DNA of 56,581 bases from an uncultured Rubrivivax sp. (lineage in GTDB: Bacteria; Pseudomonadota; Gammaproteobacteria; Burkholderiales; Burkholderiaceae_C), in contig CAYUPF010000002.1 in the NCBI GenBank assembly GCA_964446545.1, positions 1-56,581 on the forward strand, read 5' to 3'. A model generated the notes under the pieces. The model saw only the letters and a program-made list of their open reading frames with translations. It was not told the DNA's origin and ran no database searches. Shown piece by piece: positions 43,253-54,963 of this stretch. The translations under genes were made by a program, and so were the position numbers. Numbering within the stretch: position 1 is the first letter of the stretch; each line of letters starts with the position of its first letter.

Positions 43253-44287
43253 TCAGGCCGGCGACGGCGTGTCGAAGCCCTGCGGATTCATGCGCTGCCA
43301 GCGCCAGCTGTCGACGCACATGCGGTCCAGTCCGAGCCGTGCGCGCCAGCCCAGCAGCTGGGCGGCGCGTGACGGGTCCGCATAACACGCAGCCACGTCG
43401 CCCGGCCGCCGCGGCACGACGACATGAGGAATGTCGCGCCCGCTGGCCCGTGCATAGGCGCGCACCACGTCGAGCACGCTGTAGCCCCGGCCGGTGCCGA
43501 GATTGACGGTCAGCGACCGGTCCGCATCGAACAGGTACTGCAGCGCCGCCACGTGGCCTTCGGCCAGATCACAGACGTGGATGTAGTCGCGCACGCCGGT
43601 GCCGTCGGCGGTGTCGTAGTCGTTGCCGTAGACCTGCAGGTGTGTGCGCCGTCCTACGGCCACCTGCGCCACATAGGGCATCAGGTTGTTGGGCGTGCCG
43701 CGCGGGTCCTCGCCGATCAGGCCACTCTCGTGGGCGCCCACCGGATTGAAGTAGCGCAAGGTGGCGACCCTCCAGCGCGCGTCGCTGGCCATCAGGTCGC
43801 GCAGCACGGTTTCGCCCATGAGCTTGGTCTGGCCATAGGGGTTGGTGGCGGACAGGGGCGCGTCCTCGGTGATCGGCAGGTGATCGGGAACCCCGTAGAC
43901 GGTCGCGCTCGAGCTGAAGACGATGCGCTGACAACCGCCTGCCTGCATGGCTTGGCAGACGCTGAACAGCGCGCCGAGATTGTTGCTGTAGTAGCTGAGC
44001 GGCGTGGCCACCGATTCAGCGACGGCCTTGTGAGCTGCGAAGTGGACCACGGCATCGGGCCGATGCTCCCGCAAGAGCCGGTGGAGCGCCGCGTTGTCGC
44101 AGACATCGGCGCGCTCGAACACCGGCTTGCCGCCCGTCAGCTGCTCGACACGCTTCAGTACCGATGGCGAGCTGTTGGAGAAGTCGTCCACGCCCACCAC
44201 CGCATATCCGGCGGTCAGAAGGGACAGCCAAGTATGCGATGCAATGTATCCGGTCGCTCCGGTGAGCAGGACGGTGCGACGCTTCAT
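43253..44287 (-). CDS. galE: UDP-glucose 4-epimerase
   Basis: [47 protein letters not shown]. Confidence 0.94.
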   Translation of the reverse strand: MKRRTVLLTGATGYIASHTWLSLLTAGYAVVGVDDFSNSSPSVLKRVEQLTGGKPVFERADVCDNAALHRLLREHRPDAVVHFAAHKAVAESVATPLSYYSNNLGALFSVCQAMQAGGCQRIVFSSSATVYGVPDHLPITEDAPLSATNPYGQTKLMGETVLRDLMASDARWRVATLRYFNPVGAHESGLIGEDPRGTPNNLMPYVAQVAVGRRTHLQVYGNDYDTADGTGVRDYIHVCDLAEGHVAALQYLFDADRSLTVNLGTGRGYSVLDVVRAYARASGRDIPHVVVPRRPGDVAACYADPSRAAQLLGWRARLGLDRMCVDSWRWQRMNPQGFDTPSPA

Positions 44288-44498
44288 ACGCAGAGCCTTC
44301 GGGCTCCGGCGGCGGCAGTGCTGCAGGCGCTAGCGTTCGATGTCGGACTGTGGGGATCTGGTGCGGACATGAAAGAGTGCGCTGGGCTTTGCGCGCCGTC
44401 TGGAATCCGGCGCCTGCGGAGAATTGTCCCCCAACTGCACATGGCCACCGTGCAAAGGCGTCGCGCGGCTGCGGGGACAGCGTCCCTACAATCGGGCA

Positions 44499-45029
44499 AT
44501 GCTGCACAGTTTGAATGCCATGCTCGCGCCGGCCCTGATGGAGCGGCTCGTCCTCGTCGTCAATCACGTGCTGGGTTCGGAGCCCGCGGCCACGCAGCGT
44601 CTGCAAGCGCACGCGCAACGGGTCATCCAGCTGCAGATGCAGGGCTGGCCTGCGCTGCTGCCGGCGCCGCCGACGCTGGCCTTCAGGGTCACGCCCGCCG
44701 GCATGCTCGAATGGTGCGGCGGCACATCTTCCGATGTCGATGCCGACCTGATGGTCCGGGTCGATGCCGGCAACCCGCTGCTGCTGATGGCCCGCGCCAT
44801 GGCCGGCGACAAGCCGGCAGTCGCGATCGACGGCGACGCCCAGCTGGCCGGCGACGTGAACTGGCTGCTGCAGAACCTGCGCTGGGACGTGGCCGCGGAC
44901 ATGGAGCGCCTGTTCGGCCCCACGGTCGCCTACCCGCTGCATCGCCTCGGCTCGGCGCTGGCGCGCGGCCTGCGCTCGGCGCTGCAGGGCGCATCGGGTC
45001 TGATGCCGCGCACCCCGCCGCCGCCATGA
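44499..45029 (+). CDS. UbiJ-like SCP2-domain ubiquinone accessory protein
   Basis: [32 protein letters not shown]-coupled to ubiB. Confidence 0.78.
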   Translation: MLHSLNAMLAPALMERLVLVVNHVLGSEPAATQRLQAHAQRVIQLQMQGWPALLPAPPTLAFRVTPAGMLEWCGGTSSDVDADLMVRVDAGNPLLLMARAMAGDKPAVAIDGDAQLAGDVNWLLQNLRWDVAADMERLFGPTVAYPLHRLGSALARGLRSALQGASGLMPRTPPPP

Positions 45030-46585
45030 GACGTTTCCTGCGGCTGGTGTACATCGTGTACATCGTGCTGCGCTACGGCCTCGACGAACTGGCACTGTCG
45101 GGCTTCCGCCAGCGCTGGGTGCGTGCGCTGTCGTGGGCGGTCACGCTGGGCCGGCGCTTCGACCAGCCGCGCGCCGTGCGCCTGCGCCTGGCGCTCGAAA
45201 AGCTGGGGCCGATCTTCGTCAAGTTCGGCCAGGTGCTGTCGACGCGCCGCGACCTGTTGCCGCTGGACGTCGCCGACGAACTGGCCAAGCTGCAGGACCG
45301 CGTGCCGCCGATTTCCGCGGCACAGGCGGCGGCCTTGGTGGAGAAGGCCTTCGGACGCAGCACCAGCGCGCTCTTCGCCAGCTTCGACGCCGAGCCGGTG
45401 GCCAGCGCCTCGATCGCGCAGGTGCACTTCGCGACCATGAAGGACGGCCGCGAAGTCGCGGTCAAGGTGCTGCGTCCGGGCATGCTGGCGGTGATCGACG
45501 ACGACCTGACCTTGCTGCACACGCTGGCGCGCTGGGTCGAACGCCTCAGCGTCGACGGCAAGCGCCTGAAGCCGCGCGAGGTGGTGGCCGAGTTCGACGT
45601 CTATCTGCACGACGAGCTGGACCTGGTGCGCGAGGCTGCCAATGCCGCGCAACTGCGGCGCAACATGCAGGGCCTGAACCTGGTGATGGTGCCGGAGATG
45701 ATCTGGGACCTGTGCACGTCGACGGTCATCGTCATGGAGCGCATGTACGGCATCCCGATCAGCCAGACGCAGCGGCTGCGCGATGCGGGCGTGGACCTGC
45801 AGAAGCTGGCGCGCGACGGCGTGACCATCTTCTTCACGCAGGTGTTCCGCGACGGCTATTTCCACGCCGACATGCACCCCGGCAACATCCAGGTCAGCAC
45901 CGAGCCGGCCACCTTCGGGCGTTACATCGCGCTCGACTTCGGCATCATCGGCACGCTCACCGAGTGGGACAAGGAATACCTGGCGCAGAACTTCATCGCC
46001 TTCTTCCGCCGCGACTACAAGCGCGTGGCCGAGCTGCATGTCGAGTCGGGCTGGGTGCCGCCGACGACGCGGGTCGATGCGCTGGAGAACGCCATCCGTG
46101 CCGTGTGCGAGCCGCACTTCGACCGGCCGCTGAAGGACATCTCGCTCGGCCAGGTGCTGATGCGGCTGTTCCAGACTTCGCGCCGCTTCAACGTCGAGAT
46201 CCAGCCGCAGCTGGTGCTGCTGCAGAAGACGCTGCTCAACATCGAAGGCCTGGGGCGCCAGCTCGACCCCGAACTGGACCTGTGGAGCACGGCCAAACCC
46301 TTCCTCGAACGCTGGATGAACCAGCAGGTCGGCTGGCAGGGTCTGGTCGATCGCCTGAAGAACGAGGCGCCGCGTTATGCGCAGCTGCTGCCCGAGCTGC
46401 CGCGGCTGCTGCACCAGGCATTGCAGGCACCGGCGCAATCGGCTGCGGAATCGGCCGCACTGGTTGCCCTGCTGGGCGAGCAGCGGCGCACCAACCGGCT
46501 GCTGCAGGCGCTGCTGTACGGCGCCCTGGGTTTCCTGGCCGGCGTACTGCTGGTGCGCGCCTGGCTGCACGGCTGGCCGGCTTGA
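45026..46585 (+). CDS. ubiB: Ubiquinone biosynthesis kinase-like protein
   Basis: [48 protein letters not shown]. Confidence 0.96.
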   Translation: MRRFLRLVYIVYIVLRYGLDELALSGFRQRWVRALSWAVTLGRRFDQPRAVRLRLALEKLGPIFVKFGQVLSTRRDLLPLDVADELAKLQDRVPPISAAQAAALVEKAFGRSTSALFASFDAEPVASASIAQVHFATMKDGREVAVKVLRPGMLAVIDDDLTLLHTLARWVERLSVDGKRLKPREVVAEFDVYLHDELDLVREAANAAQLRRNMQGLNLVMVPEMIWDLCTSTVIVMERMYGIPISQTQRLRDAGVDLQKLARDGVTIFFTQVFRDGYFHADMHPGNIQVSTEPATFGRYIALDFGIIGTLTEWDKEYLAQNFIAFFRRDYKRVAELHVESGWVPPTTRVDALENAIRAVCEPHFDRPLKDISLGQVLMRLFQTSRRFNVEIQPQLVLLQKTLLNIEGLGRQLDPELDLWSTAKPFLERWMNQQVGWQGLVDRLKNEAPRYAQLLPELPRLLHQALQAPAQSAAESAALVALLGEQRRTNRLLQALLYGALGFLAGVLLVRAWLHGWPA

Positions 46586-46634
46586 GGGCCCCCTCCCGAG
46601 GGCCACGGCCCTGCAGCAAAAGTGCGGCGGAACC

Positions 46635-46640
46635 TATAAT
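46635..46640 (+). promoter_or_regulatory. Sigma70 -10 hexamer for fmdB-DUF502-aspS
   Basis: Perfect TATAAT in an AT-rich patch 27 nt before the ATG. Confidence 0.65.
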
Positions 46641-46667
46641 TCTAGGTTTTGCGTCACTGACCCCACC

Positions 46668-46976
46668 ATGCCGATCTACGCCTACAAGTGCGAGTCCTGC
46701 GGACACCGGCAGGACGTGCTGCAGAAGGTTTCCGACCCGGTGCTGAGCACCTGCCCCGCTTGCGGAGCCTCCAGCTTCGCCAAGCAGGTCACCGCCGCGG
46801 GCTTCCAGTTGAAGGGCTCGGGCTGGTACGCCACCGATTTCCGCGGTGGCAGCACACCGGCGGCGGCCGACAAGCCCGATGCCAAGCCTGCCGATGCGGC
46901 CGCGGCACCGGCAGCTGCCGAAGCAGCGCCTGCTGCGCCGCCGAAGCCGAGCCCGCCCGCATCGGAAGCGGCGTGA
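46668..46976 (+). CDS. FmdB-family zinc-ribbon protein
   Basis: MPIYAYKCESCG...CPACG, FQLKGSGWYATDF. Confidence 0.92.
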   Translation: MPIYAYKCESCGHRQDVLQKVSDPVLSTCPACGASSFAKQVTAAGFQLKGSGWYATDFRGGSTPAAADKPDAKPADAAAAPAAAEAAPAAPPKPSPPASEAA

Positions 46977-47626
46977 AGAAGTATCTGCTCACCGGTCTGC
47001 TGGTCTGGACGCCGCTGGCCATCACCGTCTGGGTGCTGTCGTGGCTGCTGGGCGCGATGGACGGGCTGTTCGCCTGGCTGCTGTCGGCGCCGCAGGCGCT
47101 GCTGCCGGCCTCGGCGCATGCCAGCATCGAACGCCTGCGCCATGTGCCGGGTCTGGGCGTGCTGGTGATGGGTCTTGGGTTGCTGCTGACCGGCGTGTTC
47201 GCCACCAACATCTTCGGCCAGTGGTGGTTGCGCCAGTGGAGCCGGCTGCTGCACAAGATCCCGATCGTGCGCTCGGTCTACAGCTCGGTGAAGCAGGTGT
47301 CGGACACGCTGTTCTCGAGCAGCGGCAACGCCTTTCGCGAAGCGGTGCTGGTGCAGTACCCGCGGCAGGGCTCGTGGACCATCGCCTTCGTCACTGGCAA
47401 GCCCGGCGGCGAGGTGGCGCATCACCTGAGCGGCGCCTACATCAGCGTCTACGTGCCGACCACACCCAACCCGACCTCGGGCTTTTTCCTGATGATGCCG
47501 CGCGCCGATGTGGTGGCGCTGGACATGAGCGTGGACGAGGCCTTGAAATACATCATCTCGATGGGCGTGGTCGCACCGCCCAGCCGGACGCCGCTCGCAC
47601 GGCGGGCGCCGCATCCGGGCGGCTGA
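46973..47626 (+). CDS. DUF502 membrane protein
   Basis: KKYLLTGLL, IPIVRSVYSSVKQ, VYVPTTPNPTSGF. Confidence 0.92.
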   Translation: MKKYLLTGLLVWTPLAITVWVLSWLLGAMDGLFAWLLSAPQALLPASAHASIERLRHVPGLGVLVMGLGLLLTGVFATNIFGQWWLRQWSRLLHKIPIVRSVYSSVKQVSDTLFSSSGNAFREAVLVQYPRQGSWTIAFVTGKPGGEVAHHLSGAYISVYVPTTPNPTSGFFLMMPRADVVALDMSVDEALKYIISMGVVAPPSRTPLARRAPHPGG

Positions 47627-47699
47627 ATCCAAAGGCCCGGCCGCAACGCCGCGGCAGCTTCGACGGCCGACGCACTAACAAGCAAGTGGAGCAATTGGC

Positions 47700-49490
47700 A
47701 TGAGAACCACCTACTGCGGCCTGGTCAGCGAAACGCTGATGGGCCAGACGGTCATCCTGATGGGCTGGGCACACCGCCGGCGCGACCATGGCGGCGTGAT
47801 CTTCATCGATCTGCGCGACCGCGAAGGCCTGGTGCAGGTGGTCTGCGATCCCGACCGCGCCGACATGTTCGCCACCGCCGAGGACGTGCGCAACGAGTTC
47901 TGCCTGAAGGTGATGGGAAGGGTGCGCGCGCGCCCCGCGGGCACCGAGAACGCCAATCTCACCAGCGGCAAGGTCGAGGTGCTGTGCCAGGAACTGGAAG
48001 TGCTGAACCCGAGCATCTCGCCGCCCTTCCAGATCGACGACGAGAACCTGTCGGAGACCACGCGCCTGACGCACCGCGTGCTCGACCTGCGCCGCCCGAG
48101 CATGCAGCGCAACCTGATGCTGCGCTACCGCGTGGCGATGGAGGTGCGCAAGTTCCTCGATGCCAACGGCTTCATCGACATCGAGACGCCGATGCTGACG
48201 CGCAGCACGCCGGAGGGTGCACGCGACTACCTCGTGCCCAGCCGCGTGCACGATGGGCAGTTCTTCGCGCTGCCGCAGAGCCCGCAGCTGTTCAAGCAGC
48301 TGCTGATGGTGGCGGGCTTCGACCGCTACTACCAGATCACCAAGTGCTTCCGCGACGAGGACCTGCGCGCCGACCGGCAGCCCGAGTTCACGCAGATCGA
48401 CATCGAAACCTCCTTCCTCACCGAGGAGGAGATCCGCGCGATGTTCGAGGGCATGATCCGCAGTACCTTCCAGCATGCCATCGGTGTGGAACTGCCGGCC
48501 TTCCCGGTGATGAAGTACGCCGAGGCGATGCGCCTGTACGGATCGGACAAGCCCGACCTGCGCGTCAAGCTGCAGCTGACCGAGCTCACCGACGTGATGC
48601 GCGACGTGGAGTTCAAGGTCTTCGCCGGCCCGGCCAGCCAGCCCGACGGTCGCGTGGTGGCGCTGCGCGTGCCGGGCGGCGCCGAGATCAGCCGCAGCGA
48701 GATCGACGCCTACACCGAGTTCGTCAAGATCTACGGCGCCAAGGGCCTGGCCTGGATCAAGGTCAACGACATCGACAAGGGCCGCGAAGGCCTGCAGTCA
48801 CCGGTGGTGAAGAACCTGCATGACCAGGCGCTGACGCAAATCCTGCGCCGGTCCGGCGCGGCCAGCGGCGACCTGCTGTTCTTCGGCGCCGACAAGGCCA
48901 AGGTCGTCAACGACGCGATCGGCGCCTTGCGCGTGAAGATCGGGCACAGCGACTTCGGCAAGGCCAACGGCCTGCTCAAGGGCGACTGGGAACCGCTGTG
49001 GGTGGTCGACTTCCCGATGTTCGAGCACGACGATGCGGCGGGTCGCTGGAACGCGGTGCACCACCCCTTCACCGCGCCGAAGGACGGCCACGAGGACTGG
49101 CTGCAGACCGACCCCGGCCGCTGCCTGGCCAAGGCCTACGACGTGGTGCTCAACGGCGTCGAGCTGGGCGGCGGCTCGGTGCGTATCCACCGCGAAGAGG
49201 TGCAGAGCAAGGTGTTCCGCGCGCTGAACATCGGCGCCGAGGAAGCTCAAGCGAAGTTCGGCTTTCTGCTCGACGCGCTGCAGTACGGGGCGCCGCCGCA
49301 TGGCGGCATTGCCATCGGCCTGGACCGTTTCGTGATGCTGATGACCGGCGCCGAGTCGCTGCGCGACGTGATTGCCTTCCCGAAGACGCAGCGGGCGCAA
49401 TGCCTGTTGACCGGGGCGCCGAGCGCGGTGGATGAACTGCAGCTGCGTGACCTGCACATCCGTTTGAGGAACACCGCGAATGCAGGCTGA
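47700..49490 (+). CDS. aspS: Aspartate--tRNA ligase, probably non-discriminating (Asp/Asn)
   Basis: [31 protein letters not shown]. The His in RRDHGG is typical of bacterial non-discriminating AspRS. Confidence 0.97.
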   Translation: MRTTYCGLVSETLMGQTVILMGWAHRRRDHGGVIFIDLRDREGLVQVVCDPDRADMFATAEDVRNEFCLKVMGRVRARPAGTENANLTSGKVEVLCQELEVLNPSISPPFQIDDENLSETTRLTHRVLDLRRPSMQRNLMLRYRVAMEVRKFLDANGFIDIETPMLTRSTPEGARDYLVPSRVHDGQFFALPQSPQLFKQLLMVAGFDRYYQITKCFRDEDLRADRQPEFTQIDIETSFLTEEEIRAMFEGMIRSTFQHAIGVELPAFPVMKYAEAMRLYGSDKPDLRVKLQLTELTDVMRDVEFKVFAGPASQPDGRVVALRVPGGAEISRSEIDAYTEFVKIYGAKGLAWIKVNDIDKGREGLQSPVVKNLHDQALTQILRRSGAASGDLLFFGADKAKVVNDAIGALRVKIGHSDFGKANGLLKGDWEPLWVVDFPMFEHDDAAGRWNAVHHPFTAPKDGHEDWLQTDPGRCLAKAYDVVLNGVELGGGSVRIHREEVQSKVFRALNIGAEEAQAKFGFLLDALQYGAPPHGGIAIGLDRFVMLMTGAESLRDVIAFPKTQRAQCLLTGAPSAVDELQLRDLHIRLRNTANAG

Positions 49491-49515
49491 CCGCGTGAGA
49501 TGAACCCCTGGGAGC

Positions 49516-50559
49516 TCATGCAGGCGCCTTGGCGCGAAGCCATGGACTGCTGCACAGGCGGCCGACCTCGATGCCGTTCCAGTTCTTCAGGCACACGTCG
49601 CTGAGGGACCGCATCCACCGAGCCTCGGCATCGTCCAGCGCCACGAAAGCCTCGACCAGCGCCGCCATCACCACCTCGGCCGCACGCGCGTTGTTGCCGT
49701 CGTCGATCTTCAGCGCCACGCCCAGGCCGCGCGCGGGCAGGGCGGCGCAGTACACGCCTTCGGCGCCGACCTTGCAGAACACGCGCTCGCCCAGGCGCTG
49801 CATGACCCGCGTGTCGAAGCGGTCGGTGCCGGCCACCATGAACGGCGCCTTCGCCACCGCCTCGCGCAGGCGCCGCGCGGCGCGCGCCTCGTCCACGCCC
49901 AGGCCGACGCCGCTGCCGACGCGCGCGAAGGCGTGGGCCAGATGCTGCAGCGGGATGCCGAAGGTCGGGATCGAACAGCCGTCGGTGCCCTGCGGCGCCT
50001 TCGACAGGTCCCAGCCGGTGGCGCTCTGCAATGCCTGCGTCACTTCACGCATCACCGGGTGGCTGCTGCGCACGTAGCCCTTGGCAAAGTCGAACAGCGG
50101 CGTGGTGCCGGCGCGGTGGCAGGCCAGGCAGACGAAGCCGGCGTGTTTGCCCGAGCAGTTGTTGTGCAGCGCGCCGGGTGTTTCGCCGCGCGCCGCCATC
50201 TCGCGCTGGAAGGCTTCGCGATAGGGCCAGTGCGTGCCGCACTCCAGCACGCTGGCGTCCACGCCGGCCTTGGCCAGCATGCCGGCCGCGGTGGCGACGT
50301 GCGCCGGCTCGCCATTGTGCGAGGCGCAGGCCAGCGCCAGTTCTTCATCGTTCAGCTGCAGCGCGTCGGCCGCGCCGCTGGCCACCAGCGGCAGCGCCTG
50401 CAGCACCTTGACGGCCGAGCGCGGAAAGATCGGCCGCTGGGTGTCGCCCAGCGCCAGCACGGCGCTGCCCTCGGCATCGACCACCGCCAGCGCGCCGCGG
50501 TGCACGGATTCGACGCTGGCGCCGCGCCAGGCTTCGACCAGGATCGGGTTCTCGTCCAT
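49516..50559 (-). CDS. Asparaginase II family (Rhizobium-type)
   Basis: ESVHRG, RSAVKVLQA, CASHNGE, NNCSGKH, DGCSIP, KVGAEG. Confidence 0.88.
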   Translation of the reverse strand: MDENPILVEAWRGASVESVHRGALAVVDAEGSAVLALGDTQRPIFPRSAVKVLQALPLVASGAADALQLNDEELALACASHNGEPAHVATAAGMLAKAGVDASVLECGTHWPYREAFQREMAARGETPGALHNNCSGKHAGFVCLACHRAGTTPLFDFAKGYVRSSHPVMREVTQALQSATGWDLSKAPQGTDGCSIPTFGIPLQHLAHAFARVGSGVGLGVDEARAARRLREAVAKAPFMVAGTDRFDTRVMQRLGERVFCKVGAEGVYCAALPARGLGVALKIDDGNNARAAEVVMAALVEAFVALDDAEARWMRSLSDVCLKNWNGIEVGRLCSSPWLRAKAPA

Positions 50560-50597
50560 CGGCGCCACTGTAAGCCCAGCACCCACAATGCCCACGC

Positions 50598-51419
50598 ATG
50601 GCGATCAACTCTTCCATGCCGCTGCGGGGCATCGATTTCAGCTCGTCGCCGACGCGGCGCAAGCCGATCACCGTGGCCCGGGGTCAGCGCATCGGCGAGG
50701 TGCTGCGCCTGGAGCGTGTCGATGCACAGCCCAGCCTGGCGGCCTTCGCTGAGCAGCTGGCCGAGCCCGGCCCCTGGCTCGGCGCCTTTGATTTCCCCTT
50801 CGGATTGCCGCGCGAGCTGGTCGAAGCGCTGCACTGGCCCGCGCAGTGGCTGCCGCTGCTGCGCCACTACCAGGGCCTGAGCCGCGAGCACATCCGCCAG
50901 CAGTTCAAGGCCTTCTGCGATGCGCGGCCGGCCGGGTCGAAGTTTGCGCACCGCGCCTGCGACCGCCCGGCCGGGTCGAGCCCGTCGATGAAATGGGTCA
51001 ACCCGCCGGTGGCCTGGATGCTGCATGCCGGCGTGCCGCTGCTCGTCGACGCCGGCCTGCACCTGCCCGGGCTGCACGATGGCGATCGCAGCCGCGTCGC
51101 GCTCGAAGGCTACCCGGGATTGCTGGCGCGCGAGCTGATCGGCACGCGCTCCTACAAGGCCGACGACGCGGCGCGGCAGACCGCCGAACGGCTGATCGCC
51201 CGCAAGGACATCGTCGCCGCGCTGGAGCTGGGCCGCACGCGGCTGGGGCTGCGGCTGAAGTTGTCGCCGGTGTTGCACGAGCAGCTGGTCGAGGACGCCG
51301 CCGGTGACCGCCTGGATGCGGTGTTGTGCCTGATGCAGGCGGCCTGGGCCAGTGGCCGGCCCGGCTACGGGCTGCCGCAGGTGATCGACCCGCTGGAAGG
51401 CTGGATCGTGAGCGCCTGA
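50598..51419 (+). CDS. DUF429 protein (predicted RNase H-like fold)
   Basis: GIDFSSSP, FDFPFGLP, EGYPG, DRLDAVLC, EGWI. Confidence 0.8.
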   Translation: MAINSSMPLRGIDFSSSPTRRKPITVARGQRIGEVLRLERVDAQPSLAAFAEQLAEPGPWLGAFDFPFGLPRELVEALHWPAQWLPLLRHYQGLSREHIRQQFKAFCDARPAGSKFAHRACDRPAGSSPSMKWVNPPVAWMLHAGVPLLVDAGLHLPGLHDGDRSRVALEGYPGLLARELIGTRSYKADDAARQTAERLIARKDIVAALELGRTRLGLRLKLSPVLHEQLVEDAAGDRLDAVLCLMQAAWASGRPGYGLPQVIDPLEGWIVSA

Positions 51420-51456
51420 ACGATCACACCGTGCGCATGCAGAATGCGCGGCAACC

Positions 51457-53706
51457 ATGGCTCCCCGTCGGCTCTTCATGTCCAGAGGCCTGATTCTTTG
51501 CGGCCTCGCGTGCGTGGCTGCGGTGGCGCCCTGGGCTGCCGCGCGGGCGCAGCTTGCGGACACTTCGGCGCAGTCTGTCCCCAAGCGCCCACGCATCTGT
51601 CTGGTGCTGTCCGGCGGTGGCGCGCGCGGTGCAGCGCACGTGGGCGTGCTCAAGGTGCTGGAGGAGCTGCATGTACCGGTGGACTGCATCGCCGGCACCA
51701 GCATGGGCGCGATCGTCGGCGCGTCCTATGCCTCGGGCATGGGCACGCAGCAGATGCTGCACGAGATCGGGCAAACGAACAGCGAGAGGCTGTTCACCGA
51801 CAAACCGCCACGCGGCGACGAGCCGATGCGCATCAAGGGCAACGACTGGCTGCCGCTGGCCGCGCCCGAGTTCGGCTTCAACCAGGGCGACCTGACCACC
51901 CCCAAAGGCGTGGTCAATGGCGTGGCGCTGGAAGCCGAGCTGCGCCGCCTGGTCAAGGTGCGCGACGGGCGGCACTTCGACCAGCTGCCGATCCCGTTCC
52001 GCGCCGTCGCCACCAGCCTGGGCGACGGACAGATGGTGGTGCTGGACAGCGGCCTGCTGTCCACCGCCATGCGTGCCAGCATGGCGGTGCCGGCGCTGGT
52101 GGCGCCGATGAAGATGGGCGAGCGGCTGCTGATCGACGGCGGGCTGGTGCGCAACCTGCCGATCGACGTGGCGCGCGATATGGGCGCCGAGGTCATCATC
52201 GCCGTGAACCTGGGCACGCCGCTGCTCAAGCCCGAGCAGATCCGCGGCCTGCAGGGCGTGGCGATGCAGACACTGGGCATCCTGACCGAACAGAACGTGC
52301 GCGTGTCGCTGCAGCAGCTGCGTCCGCAGGACGTGCTCATCGAGCCGGCGCTGGGCGACTTCTCGGCCGCGGATTTCGACAACCTGCTGCAGACGGTGCC
52401 CATCGGCGAGGCGGCCGCACGCGCCGCAGCGCCCAGGCTGCGCGCGCTTTCGCTGCCACCGCAGCAATACGCGGCGCTGCGCGAGCGCCAGCGCATCGAT
52501 GCCACGCCGCTGCCGCAGGTGCTCAGCGCCATCGAGGTGGCCGGCAACCAGCGTGTCAACGCCGAGGTCATCCTGCAGAACATGCAGACGGAGTCCGGCA
52601 AGGTGGTGGACACCGACACGATCGATCTGGACATGCGCCGCATCTACGGCACCGGCGATTTCGAGAGCGTGCGCCCGCAGCTGACCGCCTACGACGGCGA
52701 GACCACGCTGCTCGTCAACGTCACCGAGAAGGGTTGGGGGCCGCAGTACCTGCGCCTGGGCCTGGCGTTGTCGTCGGACCTGGGGCAGGACGCGTACTTC
52801 AACTTCTACGGCCAGCTGCGCTCGACCTGGCTCAACAGCCATGGCGCCGAATGGCGCAACGACTTCGTGCTCGGCCGCGACCTCGGCCTGGTCAGCCGTT
52901 TCCACCAGCCGCTGTCGCCGGCCCAGCATTTCTTCGTCGAGCCGCGCCTGGTCTACAGCGACACGCCGCTGGACATCTACACCGGCAACGTGCTGCTGAC
53001 CGAATACCGCGAAAGCAGCTACGGTGCCGGGCTGGACCTCGGCCTCAACTTCAAGCAGTACGGCCAGGTCCGCATGGGTCTGTACCGCGGCAAGAGCCAT
53101 TTCGAGCTCAACTCGGGACCGGTGTTCCTCTTTCCCCGGGCCTTCGATGCCGACCTCGGCCTGGCGCAGGCCAGCGTGCGTATCGACCAGCTCGACAGCG
53201 TCAGCTTTGCGCGCTCGGGCTACCTGCTGTGGCTGGACGCGCAGCTGTCGCGCACGCAGCTCGGCGCCAGCAGCGACTACACGCGCGTGTCCGGCGAGGC
53301 GCGCACCGCCTTCTCGCACGGCGTGCATACGCTGCAGCTCAGCCTGCGCGGCGGTACCTCCAGCAACCAGGAATCGCTGCCGGTGTATGCGCTGTTCCGG
53401 CTGGGCGGCTTCCTCGACATGTCGGGCTACCGGCAGCAGCAGTTGCTGGGGTCGCGCTTCGCCTACGGCCGCGCACTGTACCAGGCGCGGCTGGCGCGTC
53501 TGCCGCTGTTCGAAGGCGTGTACGGCGGCCTGGCCTACGAGATCGCCGACATGCCGCAGCTGCTGCCGATGAACGACAAGGACCTCTTCCATTCGGGCAC
53601 CGCCTACCTCGCGGCGGACACGCCATTGGGCGTGGCCTACTTCGGGCTGGGTTATGCCAACCCGGACAACCGGGCCGTCTACCTGTACCTGGGCAAGCCC
53701 TTCTGA
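51457..53706 (+). CDS. Patatin-like phospholipase fused to POTRA and an outer-membrane beta-barrel (PlpD-like)
   Basis: Signal peptide, LSGGGARG, GTSMG, DGG, POTRA-like IEVAGNQRV...IYGTGDFE, amphipathic strands and a terminal Phe. Confidence 0.88.
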   Translation: MAPRRLFMSRGLILCGLACVAAVAPWAAARAQLADTSAQSVPKRPRICLVLSGGGARGAAHVGVLKVLEELHVPVDCIAGTSMGAIVGASYASGMGTQQMLHEIGQTNSERLFTDKPPRGDEPMRIKGNDWLPLAAPEFGFNQGDLTTPKGVVNGVALEAELRRLVKVRDGRHFDQLPIPFRAVATSLGDGQMVVLDSGLLSTAMRASMAVPALVAPMKMGERLLIDGGLVRNLPIDVARDMGAEVIIAVNLGTPLLKPEQIRGLQGVAMQTLGILTEQNVRVSLQQLRPQDVLIEPALGDFSAADFDNLLQTVPIGEAAARAAAPRLRALSLPPQQYAALRERQRIDATPLPQVLSAIEVAGNQRVNAEVILQNMQTESGKVVDTDTIDLDMRRIYGTGDFESVRPQLTAYDGETTLLVNVTEKGWGPQYLRLGLALSSDLGQDAYFNFYGQLRSTWLNSHGAEWRNDFVLGRDLGLVSRFHQPLSPAQHFFVEPRLVYSDTPLDIYTGNVLLTEYRESSYGAGLDLGLNFKQYGQVRMGLYRGKSHFELNSGPVFLFPRAFDADLGLAQASVRIDQLDSVSFARSGYLLWLDAQLSRTQLGASSDYTRVSGEARTAFSHGVHTLQLSLRGGTSSNQESLPVYALFRLGGFLDMSGYRQQQLLGSRFAYGRALYQARLARLPLFEGVYGGLAYEIADMPQLLPMNDKDLFHSGTAYLAADTPLGVAYFGLGYANPDNRAVYLYLGKPF

Positions 53707-53755
53707 ATATCGAACGCTTCGGCCGGGTTCGCCACGCGCGGCGGCGCGGCCGATC

Positions 53756-53857
53756 CTGATCTGCATCAAGGCCTGCTGCATTTGCGCGCCACCGCGGCGC
53801 AGGAGCCGGGAGCCCTTGATCTGCATCAGGGCACATGAGGGCCGGTCGCGCTGGAAT
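53756..53857 (+). promoter_or_regulatory. Tandem FNR boxes and -10 hexamer of the ccp promoter
   Basis: CTGAT-CTGC-ATCAA (53756-53769), TTGAT-CTGC-ATCAG (53816-53829) and TGGAAT (53852-53857). Confidence 0.78.
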
Positions 53858-53951
53858 CGGTCCGTGGGCTGGAACCATTCCAGCGCGCCCGATGCCCGAA
53901 GCGTCGTCCCGGCGCGCATCGACCCATGCAGGGGCGGATCGAGGAGAAGAC

Positions 53952-54953
53952 ATGCTTTCGCGCAAGACGACCCTGGTTTTGGCGGTGGCCGCATCACTGG
54001 CCGCGGCGGGCTTGGTCGTGGCCCAGAACCAGGAGCCGATCCAGCCGATCGCGCCGCCGGCGCAGGTCAACCTCGGGCTGGTGGAACTGGGCAAGAAGCT
54101 GTATTTCGACCCGCGCCTGTCCAAGTCGGGCTTCATCTCCTGCAATTCCTGCCACAACCTGTCGATGGGCGGCACCGACAACATCGCCACCTCGATCGGC
54201 GACAAGTGGCAGCAAGGCCCGATCAACGCGCCCACGGTGCTGAACTCCAGCCTCAACGTGGCGCAGTTCTGGGACGGCCGCGCGGCCGACCTGAAGGCGC
54301 AGGCCGGCGGCCCGATCGCCAACCCCGGCGAGATGGCTTTCAGCCACATCCTGGCCATCGACATGCTGGAATCGATCCCGGCCTACCAGCGCGAGTTCAA
54401 GCAGAACTTCGGCCAGGACAAGATCGACATCGACCAGGTCACGCTGGCCATCGCCGAGTTCGAGAAGACGCTGGTGACGCCGAACTCGCGCTTCGACCAG
54501 TGGCTGCTGGGCAAGCAGGACGCGCTGAGCACGCAGGAGCTGGCCGGCTACAAGCTGTTCAAGGAAAGCGGCTGCGTCGCCTGCCACAACGGCCCGGCGG
54601 TGGGCGGCAATGCCTTCCACAAGATGGGCATCGTGCAGCCCTACAAGGCGACCACCCCGGCCGAAGGCCGCAGTGCCGTCACCGGCCAGGAGATCGACCG
54701 CTTCACCTTCAAGGTGCCGACGCTGCGCAACGTGGAGCTGACCTATCCCTACTTCCACGACGGTGCGGCCAACACCCTGACCGAAGCCGTCGACGTGATG
54801 GCCCGGCTGCAGTTGGGCAAGAAGCTGACGCCCGACGAGAACGCGCAGATCGTGGCCTTCCTGAAGACGCTGACCGGCGACCAGCCCAGCTTCCAGCTGC
54901 CGATCCTGCCGCCGTCGAGCGACAGCACGCCGCGGCCGAACCCCTTCAAGTGA
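53952..54953 (+). CDS. Di-heme cytochrome c peroxidase
   Basis: GAGGAG RBS, signal peptide, CNSCH and CVACH, QFWDGRA, FKVPTLRN, PYFHDG. Confidence 0.95.
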   Translation: MLSRKTTLVLAVAASLAAAGLVVAQNQEPIQPIAPPAQVNLGLVELGKKLYFDPRLSKSGFISCNSCHNLSMGGTDNIATSIGDKWQQGPINAPTVLNSSLNVAQFWDGRAADLKAQAGGPIANPGEMAFSHILAIDMLESIPAYQREFKQNFGQDKIDIDQVTLAIAEFEKTLVTPNSRFDQWLLGKQDALSTQELAGYKLFKESGCVACHNGPAVGGNAFHKMGIVQPYKATTPAEGRSAVTGQEIDRFTFKVPTLRNVELTYPYFHDGAANTLTEAVDVMARLQLGKKLTPDENAQIVAFLKTLTGDQPSFQLPILPPSSDSTPRPNPFK

Positions 54954-54963
54954 AGCGCGAGGC

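Noticed and set aside
43424..46585. 1053-aa apparent UbiB fusion (likewise 8914-11481 for UbiE and 25124-26755 for PhyH)
   Set aside because: The upstream parts overlap other genes in different frames; the true starts are the downstream codons given in the features.
47700..50559. Functional link between the non-discriminating AspRS and the adjacent asparaginase
   Set aside because: The genes are convergent with no shared regulation visible; adjacency alone is not evidence.
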